Counted from the first letter of the whole stretch, positions 12,310 through 25,415 are shown. The stretch: DNA of 63,937 nt, filler included, from Kipferlia bialata (GCA_003568945.1; 8 parts of 8 records of this genome joined end to end with filler, not necessarily neighbours in it), one strand, 5' to 3'. Notes: a model not told the origin generated them from the sequence alone. Numbers and translations: made by a program.

Positions 12310-13926
12310 CTATCTCTCCCTCTTGGGAAAGTTACGCCCCTCCCTTACAACATCACACATCTGGTATATGAACTCCTGCAGCCCATCGCACTTCAGAGGC
12401 ATCTCCGCTCTCTCTATCTCATCTAGAAAGGCCAGCTGCTTCTCTCTGGTGTCCAGGCGTGTGAGAGGCTCTATGTGTGTATGACAGTCAATGAGGGAGA
12501 GCACTGATAACCCCTGAAGATTCCTCTCTACACTCTGGACTAGCTCGCTGAAGTGACGGTCAGCAGCTGCGGCCTGGTATCAGATAAACATTCGCTATCT
12601 ATATAATTACAGTATCATACACATCTAATCATCTTACCCTGTATGTAGTGTGAATGGCTGACAACTCTGATTCGTGATATGAGACGGGAGAGGAGACTAA
12701 GAGGGAACAGTATGTATCTGTACTCTAAGCACACTCAATAAGAGTACTGTAATATATGTAGGGAAATAGACTTTTCATATACGAAACATCTAACCACTGT
12801 GCACCTATCTATACTGTTTGTCATATAATGGACATGAACCATGTACATAAACACCCTTACCGTTGGCTTGTGGAGGTTCTTAGCAATAGTAGCCTCCGTT
12901 CCGGCTTCCTACAATGAGAGTTGGATCAGTCATACTCAGCTATCGGAAACAGATGCTATTCACAGCATACATACCTCAACCTTCTCCTCATACTCTGCCC
13001 AGCCGGAGTAGCCCGCCTCCCTGGGGGTGAGGGTCAGTCAAGAGTACATATATATATGATATATATCAGTGATATCTATCGAGAGAGAGCGTGGCGGTAC
13101 GATGTTTGGGGGGTATGGTGGTATGGGGGTATGATGAGGGAAATGAGTCCAGGGGAGGAGGGTGGGGGAGGGTGGGGGGTGGAGGGTGGAGGGGGACTGT
13201 GGACGCATATGTACACTCAACCTGATTGCCACACATTCTGAGGTCCATTTAACACTAGCGAAGAACACATAGGAATCACGTGGCATCACTTACCTTGCAG
13301 CCCACCCTCCTACTGTCCAGATTACCAGGGCAACCAAGTCCCCGCAGCGGCGAAAGGCCAGAGCTGCACAGAAGAAATTTGAGACACTCTTGGTCTTGGA
13401 CTGAGGGGAGGGGGAGGATATCGGTGCATTACTGGATGCCAGTAGAGGGCTGGGACTGGATGGAGTGATGCTACTCTCACTCTTCTCTCTATCTGCCTCA
13501 TTCTGCTCTGCCTCCCCCCTTTCTCTCTCATTCGCCTCAGTTGCCTTCTTGTTGTTGCGCAAGTACTCGAAGCAGAGGGCGGCGGCATCCCCATTCTGGA
13601 TGGCTATATCCATGTGGTGGCAGAAGATGTGGTGCCTCATATCAGATGTGCCTGACGTTAAGACATTGTGTGCATTGAATAATGATACACTTACATGTGT
13701 GGTGTTATATAGTATATATATGAGTTGTATAACAACAATATACCGTATATTATATACGTTTCTTAAGAAAACATGCGTATCTTTACTCACCAGCAAATGC
13801 CTTTGAGCAACCAGCCACCTTGCAGTCCCTCTCCCCCTCCATACCCCTGGGGTGGAAGTACAGAGATAGGTTAACCTTAGTATCGACAGTGAATGTCTCT
13901 GTGCCCATCGTGGTAGGGGTATCCAT
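12310..13926 (-). CDS. Hypothetical protein, paralog B of an inverted pair
   Basis: Same exon structure on the minus strand: MDTPTTMGTETFTVDTKVNLSLYFHPR..., TSDMRHHIFCHHMDIAIQNGDAAALCFEYL..., ...EFIYQMCDVVREGRNFPKRER*. Confidence 0.75.
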
Positions 13927-14367
13927 GCCTCTGCTTCAATAGAGAAGAGAGAAGAAGATACTCTGTGTCCAAGTCATTGTCTTCCTAATTATGAAAGGGT
14001 GTAGGACAAGATCATCCTAAAGCTATGTTTTTAGCCAAGATGGCTTGACTTGAGTTCCCTAATACTAGGCCTGGTATGAGAATAGTAGAGTTCGTATGCA
14101 AATGTGCTCTTTTCAAGAACTTGACTGCGATTAGACATTATGTCCAGACATTGTTTCCACACTTAACGTGTGAGACTCCCACAGTGATAGCATATATGAC
14201 AGTGGTGATTGGAGACAGATGAAACATCTTTTCTAGCGCAACACAGTCCATGGGAGCCCAGCTAGAAGAGCTTTGCTACTCTTCCACCGTATGAGGGCGC
14301 TAACTAAACAAAAAACAAATATCCTCTATTGCTGAGTGAGACACTTTACAACCCCTATCATCATTAT

Positions 14368-14408
<41 letters not shown>

Positions 14409-14412
<4 letters not shown>

Positions 14413-14785
14413 CTCATGAGGGTGCTGCCCTTGGGGTATGGGGACATCTGGTAGTGGAGCCTGATGAGGCCAAAGACCATGTCCCTGGATATAAGGGTGT
14501 AGAGGGGGAGAGAGAGAGAGAGAATAGATGAGGCCAAAGACCATGTCCCTGGACGTAAGGGTGTAGAGGGAGAGAGAGAGTCAGAGCCAGGTGAGCCACA
14601 AATGTCCAATTGAATATATACTATATACATTCATCTAAAAAAACACTATACCATGTTACTATTCTAGATAGTGTATATACCTCATGTCGTCTGCGAGGTA
14701 GTGGAACTGCTGGAGGGTGCCGTCCTCACAGGCCTCCTTGATCTCAGTGGAGGTGCCAAAGATGGAGGTCTGGAATTAGGGGGTG

Positions 14786-14820
<35 letters not shown>

Positions 14821-15068
14821 GGAGGTGCCAAAGATGGAGGTCTGGAATAAGGGTGAAGAGGGAGAGAGAGAGAAATGAAGAGAGGTGCCAAAGATGGACT
14901 GGTCTCTCGCATACAGTATTGATAGATAATGGTGGGGGGGGGGGGCACATATATAATAGACAAATAGTACTATGTATATATATATATATATATGTACTCA
15001 CCCTGAAGGAGACGTGGTTGTCCTCATCGCCAAGGGACACCTCAAGCTCCTGAGAGTTAAATAAGGGT

Positions 15069-15105
<37 letters not shown>

Positions 15106-15414
15106 CAGAGCAACTGCTATTACCTGGAGGCCGTTCTCGTCGGCATCGGGCCAGACAGAGTCATCCCAGTCCATGACCTTGGTGTTCATGATCTGGTGTG
15201 AAGGGTATATGGAGAGAGAGAGGGAGAGATCAATTGCATACAAAAGCAATACCTGCTTCCTGACCTCCCCGACCATAAGACAAGACAAACATACCTAATC
15301 GTCTATTCATATGCACTCATATATATAATTATATATATATACATACACATACACATATATACATGTCATACCTGCTTCCTGACCTCCCCGACCACAATGG
15401 GGGCAACCTGGAAC
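14409..15414 (-). CDS. MAGO: Mago nashi (exon junction complex core), C-terminal five exons; N-terminus beyond the contig end
   Basis: Exons 15372-15414, 15124-15192, 15002-15049, 14681-14769 and 14409-14484 splice to FQVAPIVVGEVRKQIMNTKVMDWDDSVWPDADENGLQELEVSLGDEDNHVSFRTSIFGTSTEIKEACEDGTLQQFHYLADDMRDMVFGLIRLHYQMSPY. This matches Mago EDD..WP..D..GRQELE...HISF.TSKIG...FYYLVQDLK.LVFSLI.LH. Confidence 0.9.
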
Positions 15415-15732
15415 CTGGGGGGTGAGACAAGGGTGAACGAGTTATATATATATAGTATAATATATGCATTCACAACTACCGGGCAACCTGGAACCTGGGG
15501 GTGAGACGAGAATAGTACAGGATATAAGGGGGGGGGGGGGGGGGGGGGGGGAGGGAAAGGGGAAAAAANNNNNNNNNNNNNNNNNNNNNNNNNNNNNNNN
15601 NNNNNNNNNNNNTTAATTAATTAANNNNNNNNNNNNNNNNNNNNNNNNNNNNNNNNNNNNNNNNNNNNTATATGTATCTATATGTGTATCTATTGAGTAT
15701 ACGAAGAGGGGGAGAGAGAGAGACCTCTCTAG

Positions 15733-16149
15733 ACTGGTGGGGGCAGCAGACAAGGAGACCGTGTTCAAATACGTACCAAGGTATCACAATATTGTACATG
15801 TATATGTATGTATCCCAAGGTATCATTGTGTCGTTACCGGTCTTCAGAGACAGTTGCCAACCTCTCCTAGAATTCTTATTCCGTATATGTATTCTATGTT
15901 TCTGATAGAACATTGCTCACCCCAGGCTTGTCTCTGACCCTGCCTATGCTGCAGAGACCTTTGCCCAGTTAGGCCCTCTGGCTGGGATGGGGGTCACGGG
16001 GGACATACTGCCAGTGCTGATAGGTGAGTAGGGAGTATATAGGTATATGCATATATATATTGAGAGAGAGCGGGGTGGGGGGGTGGAGGGATGGGGGTCA
16101 CGGGGGACATACTGCCGGTGCTGATAGGTATATAGTAAACAATATATGC

Positions 16150-16183
<34 letters not shown>

Positions 16184-18942
16184 GGACGTGGTATGTGATG
16201 GATAGCCATGGGTGTCACGTGGGACATTCTCTCACTGGGACATTCTCCCACTTCTGATCCGTATACGGACGGTGTGCTGTATTGTATAGTTTGGTATATT
16301 TATAATGAACACACACTTCCTCACCCCCCAGCTGCCCACAAGGACTTCCAGACACAGGCCGCGGCATTCCTGGCAAGGTATGCGGTTACCAACCCACTGT
16401 ACAGTTTTGTTACTGCGTGATTACCAATTGTTCTTGTTCTATTTTCTTAATGTATATATGTATATATATATGTCTCCCACCCCAGTGTGCTTGAGAGGGA
16501 TGTCTCTAGAAGGGCCAAGCTCAGGGGCAAGCAGCCAAGAGATGCCACTCTGGAGATGCTGGGTATGTGTCTACCTTTCCCGAATCATACTTTCTCCCTC
16601 CTTCTCTCACTCTCGCTGTAAGTATACACCTGCCCATTCTTTAGACAACTACATTGCCTCTATGACACATACTCTCTCTCTCTGCATTCTCGCTCTCTCA
16701 CTCTTACCATAGGCAACTACTTTGTCTCCATGAACGCTGCATCCATCCGTGACACCCTTGATGAGGGTGGATACAGAGAGCCAGGGGCAGAGCAGGAGAA
16801 GGGGGCAGACTCCGCATTCAGAAGGCATGTCAAGTAGTCATTATATTCAATTGTTCATTAGTGACTTGTACTAAAGTGCACTTAAGTCTCACCCCCAGGT
16901 ACCCCGCCCCTGTTGCCAAGGCTGCCAGACGCATTGTGTCAGTCATATCCACGGCCACAGACGCCGGGCTCATCGATCTCAGGTACAGTGACTTCTTTAG
17001 TAGTGTTGTTAACGTACAGAGTTGTCTCTCATCGATCTGCGATACGCTGCACCTCTGTCTCCCTCTCCCCCTCACTCTTAGATTCACCCTGGGTGTCCTC
17101 GCTAGCTTCGGTCTGCATGAGATCCTCAGTGCTCTGCTGCTAGGTATGATGTAGAGATATTGGTGTGAGTGTGCATTCCATCTCTATCCTCTCTCTCTCT
17201 CTCTCTCTCTCTCTGTAGCATGTGGTATACATGTTATACATACTAACCCTAGCCTCCAACCAGCCCAATGAGGCTGTCTTGGCCGCCCTTGACAGTGGTG
17301 ATAGTGAGCATGCCATAGCCATCGCAGACGACCTTGACAGTGTCAGGAGAAGATATACTAAATATACATGTGTCTCTATATACATATGTATGGTTTATCA
17401 CGCATGGGATCTTACCATAGGGAGGTCCTCCGCTCCATCTGTGTCAGACTGGCCAGTGACGTCAACACACTGGAGCAGGTGTGGAGTTGTGTACATACTC
17501 TTACTGATACAGATACTATATATATATTGTTGTACCATCTCTCTTTTTCCCACCCCCCACCCCACCCCCTCTCCCCCTAACACCCAGGCCCTGCAGTTAC
17601 CTCCCTCTCACTCTCTTCCCCCCTCTACACCCCTTAATACCCAGGCCCTGCAGTTACCTCTCTCTCTCTCTCTCTCCCTCTGCACCCCTAACACCCAGGC
17701 CCTGCAGCTATCTCTCTCTCTCTCTCTCTCTCTTCCCCTCTACACCCCTAACACCCAGGCCCTGCAGTTACCTCTCTCTCTCTCTCTCCCTCTACCTCCT
17801 TAACACCCAGGCCCTGCAGCTAGCCGAGGAGGGCAGGGTGCGTATCCTGGAGCTGCTGCCTGTGCTACCCGAGATGGACAGACCAGGTATAGAGTGTATG
17901 TAAATATGGAGATATCTATTATATATTGATGAATGTACTCACTCTCCAGGCCCTGCCCGTGACCTCATCTGCTCCCACTTCCTAGGGTTCCACAGAGACG
18001 CAGGTATTGTGAGTATATGATTATTCGCATTGTTATGTGGTATGTATTAATAGTACGCACTGTATTGTTTGATATGCCACTTCCTAGGGTTCCACAGAGA
18101 CGGAAGTATTAATTTCACATGTATATATACCCTTACGTAGTGTACCGTCTATATACAACCTAACCCACAGCCGCTGAGAAGGACATTATCCCATATATTT
18201 TGTATGGACTGTATATCACGTATATTATACCTACTCTATATATATTCATTGCCTCACCCCCAGCATCTGAGAAGGATCGGGTGGAGAGGAGCATGACAGC
18301 TGCCAAGAGGATCAGATCAGATCTGGAGGCAGTCAGAGACAGGTAAGGGTTGTAGTGTGGTATAGTATCTATACACTATGCCAACATGCGAATATTTGTT
18401 AATACAGTATATTTAGTACCACACTCTCCCTTACCCTCTAGGCGCTTTGTTGTCAACCGCCGCACCAGTCGGTGCTCCCACCCTGACTGCTCTCAGTTGA
18501 CCATCGCCCATGCCTTTGTTGTGTTCCCATGTGGGCACACATTCCACGAGAGGTGTCTCGACTGCATAGGTGGGGGGCATTCTCTGTACTCTGTAGTCTA
18601 GTCAGTGACATCCCCTGGACCTCCCCTCTCTCTCCCTCTCTCTCTTTCTATGTACTCTATATAGTCTCACCACCAGTCAGTGACATCCCCTGGACCCCCT
18701 TCGAGGACCCCTCCATAGCCAAGGAGAGAGAGAGCGGCAAGGACAAGGAGAGGGAGAGAGAGAGGGAGGAGGCAGAGAGGGAGGCAGAGAGAGAGAGAGA
18801 GAAGGCCAGGCTTGGCCGTGACAACCTCATCTCAGAGTGCCCCTTCTGTGGGGATAGAGACGTGGCCCTCTCCTCTAGAATCATGATACCCATCGGGTCT
18901 CTGCCCTCTGAGAACCTCAGGGGAGACTGGGGGCTCAACTAG
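15733..18942 (+). CDS. VPS18: Vps18/Pep3 (HOPS/CORVET subunit), C-terminal portion, multi-exon
   Basis: Spliced RILELLPVLPEMD...RDLICSHF...SMTAAKRIRSDLEAVRDR, then RING-H2 C..C...FVVFPCGHTFHERCL...ECPFCG...DWGLN*. This is the typical Vps18 C-terminus. Confidence 0.85.
17578..17822 (+). repeat. Five tandem copies of acceptor + exon start (AACACCCAG|GCCCTGCAG(T/C)TA) separated by (CT)n; only the last continues into the Vps18 exon
   Basis: Copies begin near 17579, 17636, 17689, 17750 and 17802. Confidence 0.92.
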
Positions 18943-19517
18943 GCTTTCTAGATTGTCTTGAAGGTCTAGAAGGCCTAGAGGGGGTGTGTTAGTAGTGAGT
19001 GGCCGACGGGCGGCATCACTTTGTCATTTTGTGTTGTTTATTGTCTCTCTTAATAGAGCGTTGTATCACATGAGGTTCTCTAGGAATTCTTGCTCATTGA
19101 CAAAGCCAAATGTTTGTTCCGATTATCACCACCAATTGGATAGAGCATATTCACATCCTTCAACACCATGTGTCCCTCGCCCAAGACTATGTTGTGTCAT
19201 CTTCTTCTATATTGCACTGTAAAACCTCTAGAAAGGAAGAGCAACCCACTCCAATACAAATAGTTGGACATGAGACAACCACGCTCAATATAACCTTGCT
19301 TGTTGGGGAGGCCCGACATGTCGGGATAGACCTTTACTCCTTTCCCTGGGTCTCAGGCTGAGAGGGCGTCTGTGGCACCCCTAGGACTAATGCCACCTGA
19401 TACATGAGACAACAGTGATATGATGATCCAGCTGCTGTAGAATATAGATACACCATCACAAGAAGAAAGTTATGTTACAAGTACCTGCAGTACAAATATA
19501 ATATGGATACTCCCATA

Positions 19518-22500
19518 TCAAATTGGTACCTGCTCGATGTGTGTGTATGACCTCAATTTCTGAGTCATTCTCTCCCTTTCCTTCATGCTATCAAGTAGAC
19601 TGGCCAATTCACTCCTGTGAGCCTTGAGCCGAGACTCGACTGACGCTGATCTCTCCAATAGTCTCGTGCCCTTCAGTCTCTGCAACCTGAGAATGAGTAT
19701 CCTCTTCACTTAACAACAACACTACGAGTAAAGTCATACACATCATAGAGGTGACAACTAGGTATCATTCACTACTGGATGTAAGCAGACATACGACGAC
19801 CACATCCAACTGACGTTGCCACAATGTAAGTAGAAATGACTGTGAATTATGTCAAACGCATGTATGAGTGTAAATCTATGAGACCATCTTAAAAGAATAG
19901 ACCCACAATATAGTCTACCTGAACTCCAGACAGTCAATCTCTATCTCATGGTCCTCTATGCGCTGAGCCGACACTCGGGGCATCTGCAAATGAGCACTGA
20001 AACCATTCGAAATAGTCTTGAAAAGGGCTGACAACGGGGTCACATATGTCAAAGGCACTATAGTTGTTAGAGTCCAGTAAACGTACTGAATGTAGTTCCT
20101 GAAGCAGATCTCTGGCCGGACTGCCCAGTGGCAGGTCCTCGAAATGCTTAGGATGGATCTGGCGTAAATATCGACAACCTCTACTATACTCTGAGAAACA
20201 ATACATAGCATGAATTACTAGCATATACCTCAGTCATGCCATCTGAATGACATGATGTAGAGGGGTCTGTCAGTGATGCACTATCAGTCTCTGGGGCTCT
20301 TGGGGGTGTTTCTCTGTCGGTCTCTGGATGCACAGGCCGCCCTAAGCCAGATGCATCTACACCCCCACTAGAGTCATCCTGAGACGCACTGGAGGGGCGC
20401 CCGAGACCTGAGGCATCAACATCCCCAATATTTTCTCTCTGTTGGTGACATACAGCGCAACGGAGACCTGAGGCGTCTACACACCCGCTAGCGTCACACT
20501 GACAAGTACAGTGTAGCAGCGTCTCTCTCTCTGCATATCTCAATGCATCTTCCTCTGTCCAGTAGGGAATCTCGTACTGACAGGACTTGCGCCCCAATCC
20601 CGATGCATCTGGCTTTGTCGAACCAGACCCAGACCCAGACCCAGACCGGGACCCAGATACACTTGGGAAGCTAGTTAGCAGAGAATCAGGTGGCTTCCTC
20701 TTGAGGTCCATCGGCCAGTGGGAGTACTTAGCCAGGTGCACTGGGTCTGCTATCTGGGGGCAGTCCTCCCCAAGGGAGCAGTGGTAGGGAACGTCCAGCA
20801 CCCTCACACTCTGCATAACCCCATCCACCTCCACTTGTATATCAGGGTGCTCAAAGGCCAGCCGATGCCCCATGTCTCCTAGCCTGCTCTGACAGTCTGC
20901 ACCTAATGTACACATGGGTCTCTTGGGGTGCAGGAAGTTCTTGTCATGCTTATACCTGCCCTTCTTCTTACATCTAGAGCCATAGTGACATACGTGGGTG
21001 TATGCTGCCACGTGTGACTGGTCGATATTGTCCTTATCATGGTACATTGAGCACCCGATAGAGTTCCAGCACTCCAGGCCGTGATTCACATTGACATATT
21101 CAATAGTCATATCATCACCGGGGAGCATCACTGTGCTACCCATTTCCCCCTTCACAGGTAGAAGTGTCTCCTCCTTGTCCGTAGTGAGAATGCACCCCTC
21201 CACAGAGGACACCTCTCCCTCGCTGCTGGATGCAAACCTGACTGCATAGTCTACAGGTTCGAGTAGGTTGCGTCTGCGCAGTGTGAGAGCAGGCATCGTT
21301 GTCTGCTTCTGCTGCCCTATCCTCTCCACCTCCACGGCGTCCTTGGTAACCCTAACCCTATAGCGTCTGAAGGAGAGCTTGTCTAGCGACAGGTGGCAAA
21401 GGTCGGAGGAGGAGACAGAGTCAGAGGGGAGAGAGTCTCTGGCGTCTTCAATGGATGCAGGGCATACGTCGACACTATCCTCAAGGAACCGGATTGTCAC
21501 ACACGTTGTCACACCAGTATCCAGGGGGGACAGGTTTAGATATACCTGAAGTCAGTGGGAAGGTCGTAGGCAACTAAGGTACCAGAATAATATCAGCAAC
21601 TATGAAGAGAGCCACTTCATTTACCTGACCGTGACAAGAGAAGACAATGTATGTCGCTGGATCTGTCTCCAGAGGAATAATGCCCGGTATCCGCACAGAC
21701 TCTGTGCCCACCCCAAACTGGTATCCAACCTCGGTACCACCATACTCATTACTCAGACACTTCTTGTACCTGTCCCAGTCAGTGACTACCAAAGAACCCT
21801 TAGGCAGCATCTGAGTGTAAGCTTTAGTGTGATTAGAAGCAGTGTGTCATGAGAAAAGAAGAATGTACAGAATGAACTGTTACCTCGAGAACATGTCTAC
21901 TCTCCTCAGAGAGAGAGTCATAACCGGCAGTATCCAGCACTACATGCTGTACGTAGTCAAGCCCTAGCGTGGAGGGTAAATGGCCCTCTATCAGGGTATG
22001 CGACTCCCACACATTTGGGTCACACATGGCCTCAACGGCCCCTCTCTCTGTGGGAGGTAGATGGGCATACTTCAGCATAGAAACCATCTCATCTGCAAGG
22101 AGTTGAGTCGTCCCCCTCTCTGCTACAGAGAACCGGTTCCTGTGGTAGTTGTCTACACGCTCCTGGGAGAGTGGCTTTCCTGGTAGTGCTAGGAACGGCC
22201 TCCCACACTGGTGCATACTCTCTGCTTGTGTGACATAGAAGGTAGCTGCCGACCAGTGGCAGTCGCTGTGTGGGTGCCGCATCACAGAGGGACGGAACAC
22301 AATCAGCGCCTCCCCATAGCGATGGTTGGTGTTGGGACCGATCACTGTGAAGATGGAGTCATCTGTGCTGACGAGGTGGTCTACCTCGTACCCAATACCA
22401 GTCGCCTTCTGGCTCACTGTAGATGCAGCTGTTACTATTCGCTGACACAACACGTCGAGTTGCCTGCACTGTTCATCACCGAGAGCAGTAGCCAATGAGT

Positions 22501-25415
22501 CCTTCTGGAGTCTCTCATGGTATCCCATAGTAGAAACACCAGTGTCTGCCAGTCTCAAGGCAGTACACACCTCCATGTAGTCTGCAACAACTGAGCGCTT
22601 TCCCTGATATCAATAGTAGTGGCCATGAATAGTATGATAGTATACTCATATAGTGTATAATAGGAACACTTACCTTGGGAAGAGTCTGAATATATGGGTG
22701 TAGTCTCGCTCTCTTGGACAGGAACCCGGGCTCAGAGATCCTCTTCTGTTGTTGCCGGGACATTAAGAACCCAGTTCCTAGTACCAACTCCAATGTGGCA
22801 AGACTCAGTCTGTGTGTGGGCCTCAGGGCCTGCACAACTGGCACTAGGTTGCTGATACTGTATGAGGGGGTCTTGACCCGCATACTCTGGTAGTTGCGCC
22901 TGAAGTCCGCTGGGACGGCAGGAGAGCCAAGGGCGAGAGGGAGCGGGGAAGGCGAATGGGCTCTTTGCTTGACATGGCGAATATCAGTCCAGCGCTTGCA
23001 GCCATCGCCACAAGCTGACCGGATGTCTGGTATACCCTAGTAGTGAGTATACTATGAGTCTAATTATGCCACCATATCTAGGTACTCTACACCAATAGAG
23101 TAGTACTATGGGGTTCAAGTACCTTGTGGCTATACTCCCATAGATGTGCCTCCCAGAGGTGTGGTACCCCAGGCATATCAAGAGGGCAAGACACACCATC
23201 ACAGGGCTCCCTAGGCAGATGAATCCTCACGCTGATGTGGTCCATGACACGATGACTGGTGTTGCCGTCCAGATACGCTATCAGGAAGGGGCACTGCTGA
23301 CCGTCACAACACACCTGCACTCCCTCTCCTGTGTGGAATAGGGGTCCAGCGAAGGGGTCAGGTGACTCAGTGTAGGAAGGTGGGTTGGTGGGGTGGTACC
23401 ACCTCTGACGGTGTGTCGCAGTAAGGTCGGGACACAGCACTCCGGCGGGACAGGCAGGGAGACTGACATCAGGACTCCAGTATACTACTGTCCAACACTG
23501 ACTATATATATGCTGAAATGCGAGAAGTACATCAATATGATACTATATGCGTAAACATACCTCGCCATTCCCCCGTTCAGTCTTCTGGTCTCCTCGCGGA
23601 TTCGCTAGCATAAGATATTTGGCTACATTGAATGAGAATGACTTGCAATATATGGGTGTATATTAGTCGATATAGAACCCACCAGAGCTGTCATCTGATC
23701 CAATAGGTCTCCTACCGAGCCTCTCATTGCCGGATCGGTCTGAAGTTACTCAGTATATGTTAATTAATATGGATACATATTATTGAGACTGCTTAGTACT
23801 AAATTGCGGTAGATACCTCCACCATGGAGTTGATTATGGCAGCCAGCCCTGGAACTCCAGTCTCCTCATCGGTCAAGACACTGGGGGATAAGAGTGCAGT
23901 ATAGGAGATATAGAGGAATGAATAGAGAAAAACATTGATAGTGATGTAGCTACTATTCTTATGCATGTATAGTGATGTCATCGTCGGTCAGGACACTGGA
24001 GGTCAGGAATACGAACAGCGAGGAGCTACCATATAAGGAAGATAAGTACACTACATCCCGATATTTCTGGAAAACAAGAGTGTCTAGATATATATGTGTT
24101 ATCTCCCGTACCCAAAGTGTCCTTCCTTGTGGACCAGTCTTAGGTCCTCTCTGTCTTGTACCTCAGACAGCACCCAGTGAGGATGTATCATCTGATAATT
24201 AGTAGAGTGTTAGTTCTACTTCCATTAGTATTAGCCGAATGCAAACTCTCCTATCTATATACCTGGTTGAAGATGAGACCTGCTGAAAAGAGGTCAGCCT
24301 TTGTGCCGTACTGAGGGTCACCGTACTGATCAGGGGGTGACCCATTGGGACGGGCATCGGCACTGTAGGGATAGCACTTGGGTGAGTGGGGATAGACTAG
24401 TATGTATATACACAATATATGTATATGGAATTCAAATATACTTAGATGTAGGACAGACACAATTAGAACACATATGCTGAACTTCTCTCTATGTGTATCC
24501 ACATAGGTATATATAAGACCATATTCCTGAAAGTATAAGGGGAACTCTATTTACACTGACAGACCCTGAATAGACTGACCCGCATACTGATACTGATACG
24601 TCTCTACGCGTATGATCTTTAGGTACTGAAACACAGATATACATATGTGTATATGAGTACAGTGCTGGCACATACCTCAGGTGCCCTGTAGAGTGGGTTC
24701 CCAACATCGAAGGTGGCTGTGATACTCGCCTAATATGAGTGTTGGAGAGAAGTATTCTATGACGACCCAGAGCCAATGAATCAGACTATCCATACAACTC
24801 CACAAGCCCCTTATCTAGAGACTGTGCTATCTATATACAGAATAAGGAGGTAAAGTACATACAGTATACCTCGTGGTACATGGGTTTGCACAGTCCAAGG
24901 TCCACAAAGTGCACGTCTGCACCGTCATCTCGGATGTCCACCATGATGTTGTCTGGCTGATGGTTAGTAGGGGGCTGGTCCTAATAGCAGCGACACATCC
25001 TTAACCAAAAGTATTCAATACACAGTACCTTGAGGTCCCTGTCGATCAGGCTCTGTTACTCCCGGAATAACTATATGTACAGATATATACAATATATATA
25101 CATATATATATTGTATACGCTATACCTTGATGTCCCTGTCGACCAGGCTCTGTTCCTCCCGGTATAACTATATGTACAGATATATACATATATATACATA
25201 TATATATATATATATTGTATACGCTATACCTTGATGTCTCTGTGGATCAGGCTCTGTTCATCTAGGTCTCTGAGACCAACGAGAATCTGAGGTAAGGTGA
25301 GACCCACTATCTTTCATAGTAGTGCTAAGTGTTGCGACGAAGAGAGAGTCAAACTCACATGGAAAATAGAGATAGAATGAGTGCAAGAGAGTTTACCTGT
25401 TCCATGATGGATAAC
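19518..25415 (-). CDS. Multidomain protein: protein kinase C-lobe + 4 PBZ-like zinc fingers + DarT-like ADP-ribosyltransferase domain + 4 PBZ-like fingers + coiled-coil tail (N-terminus off contig; C-terminal end approximate)
   Basis: Phase-consistent exons: 25230-25286 (LIHRDIK), 24870-24956 (PDNIMV...FVDLGLCK), ...YGTKADLFSAG, 24112-24191, 23817-23880, 23683-23739 (DPAMRGSVGDLL), 23561-23604, 23123-23462, 22674-23036, 21884-22603, 21625-21810, 20229-21545, 19919-20190. Eight C-x4/5-C-xn-H-x5-H motifs. Confidence 0.8.
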
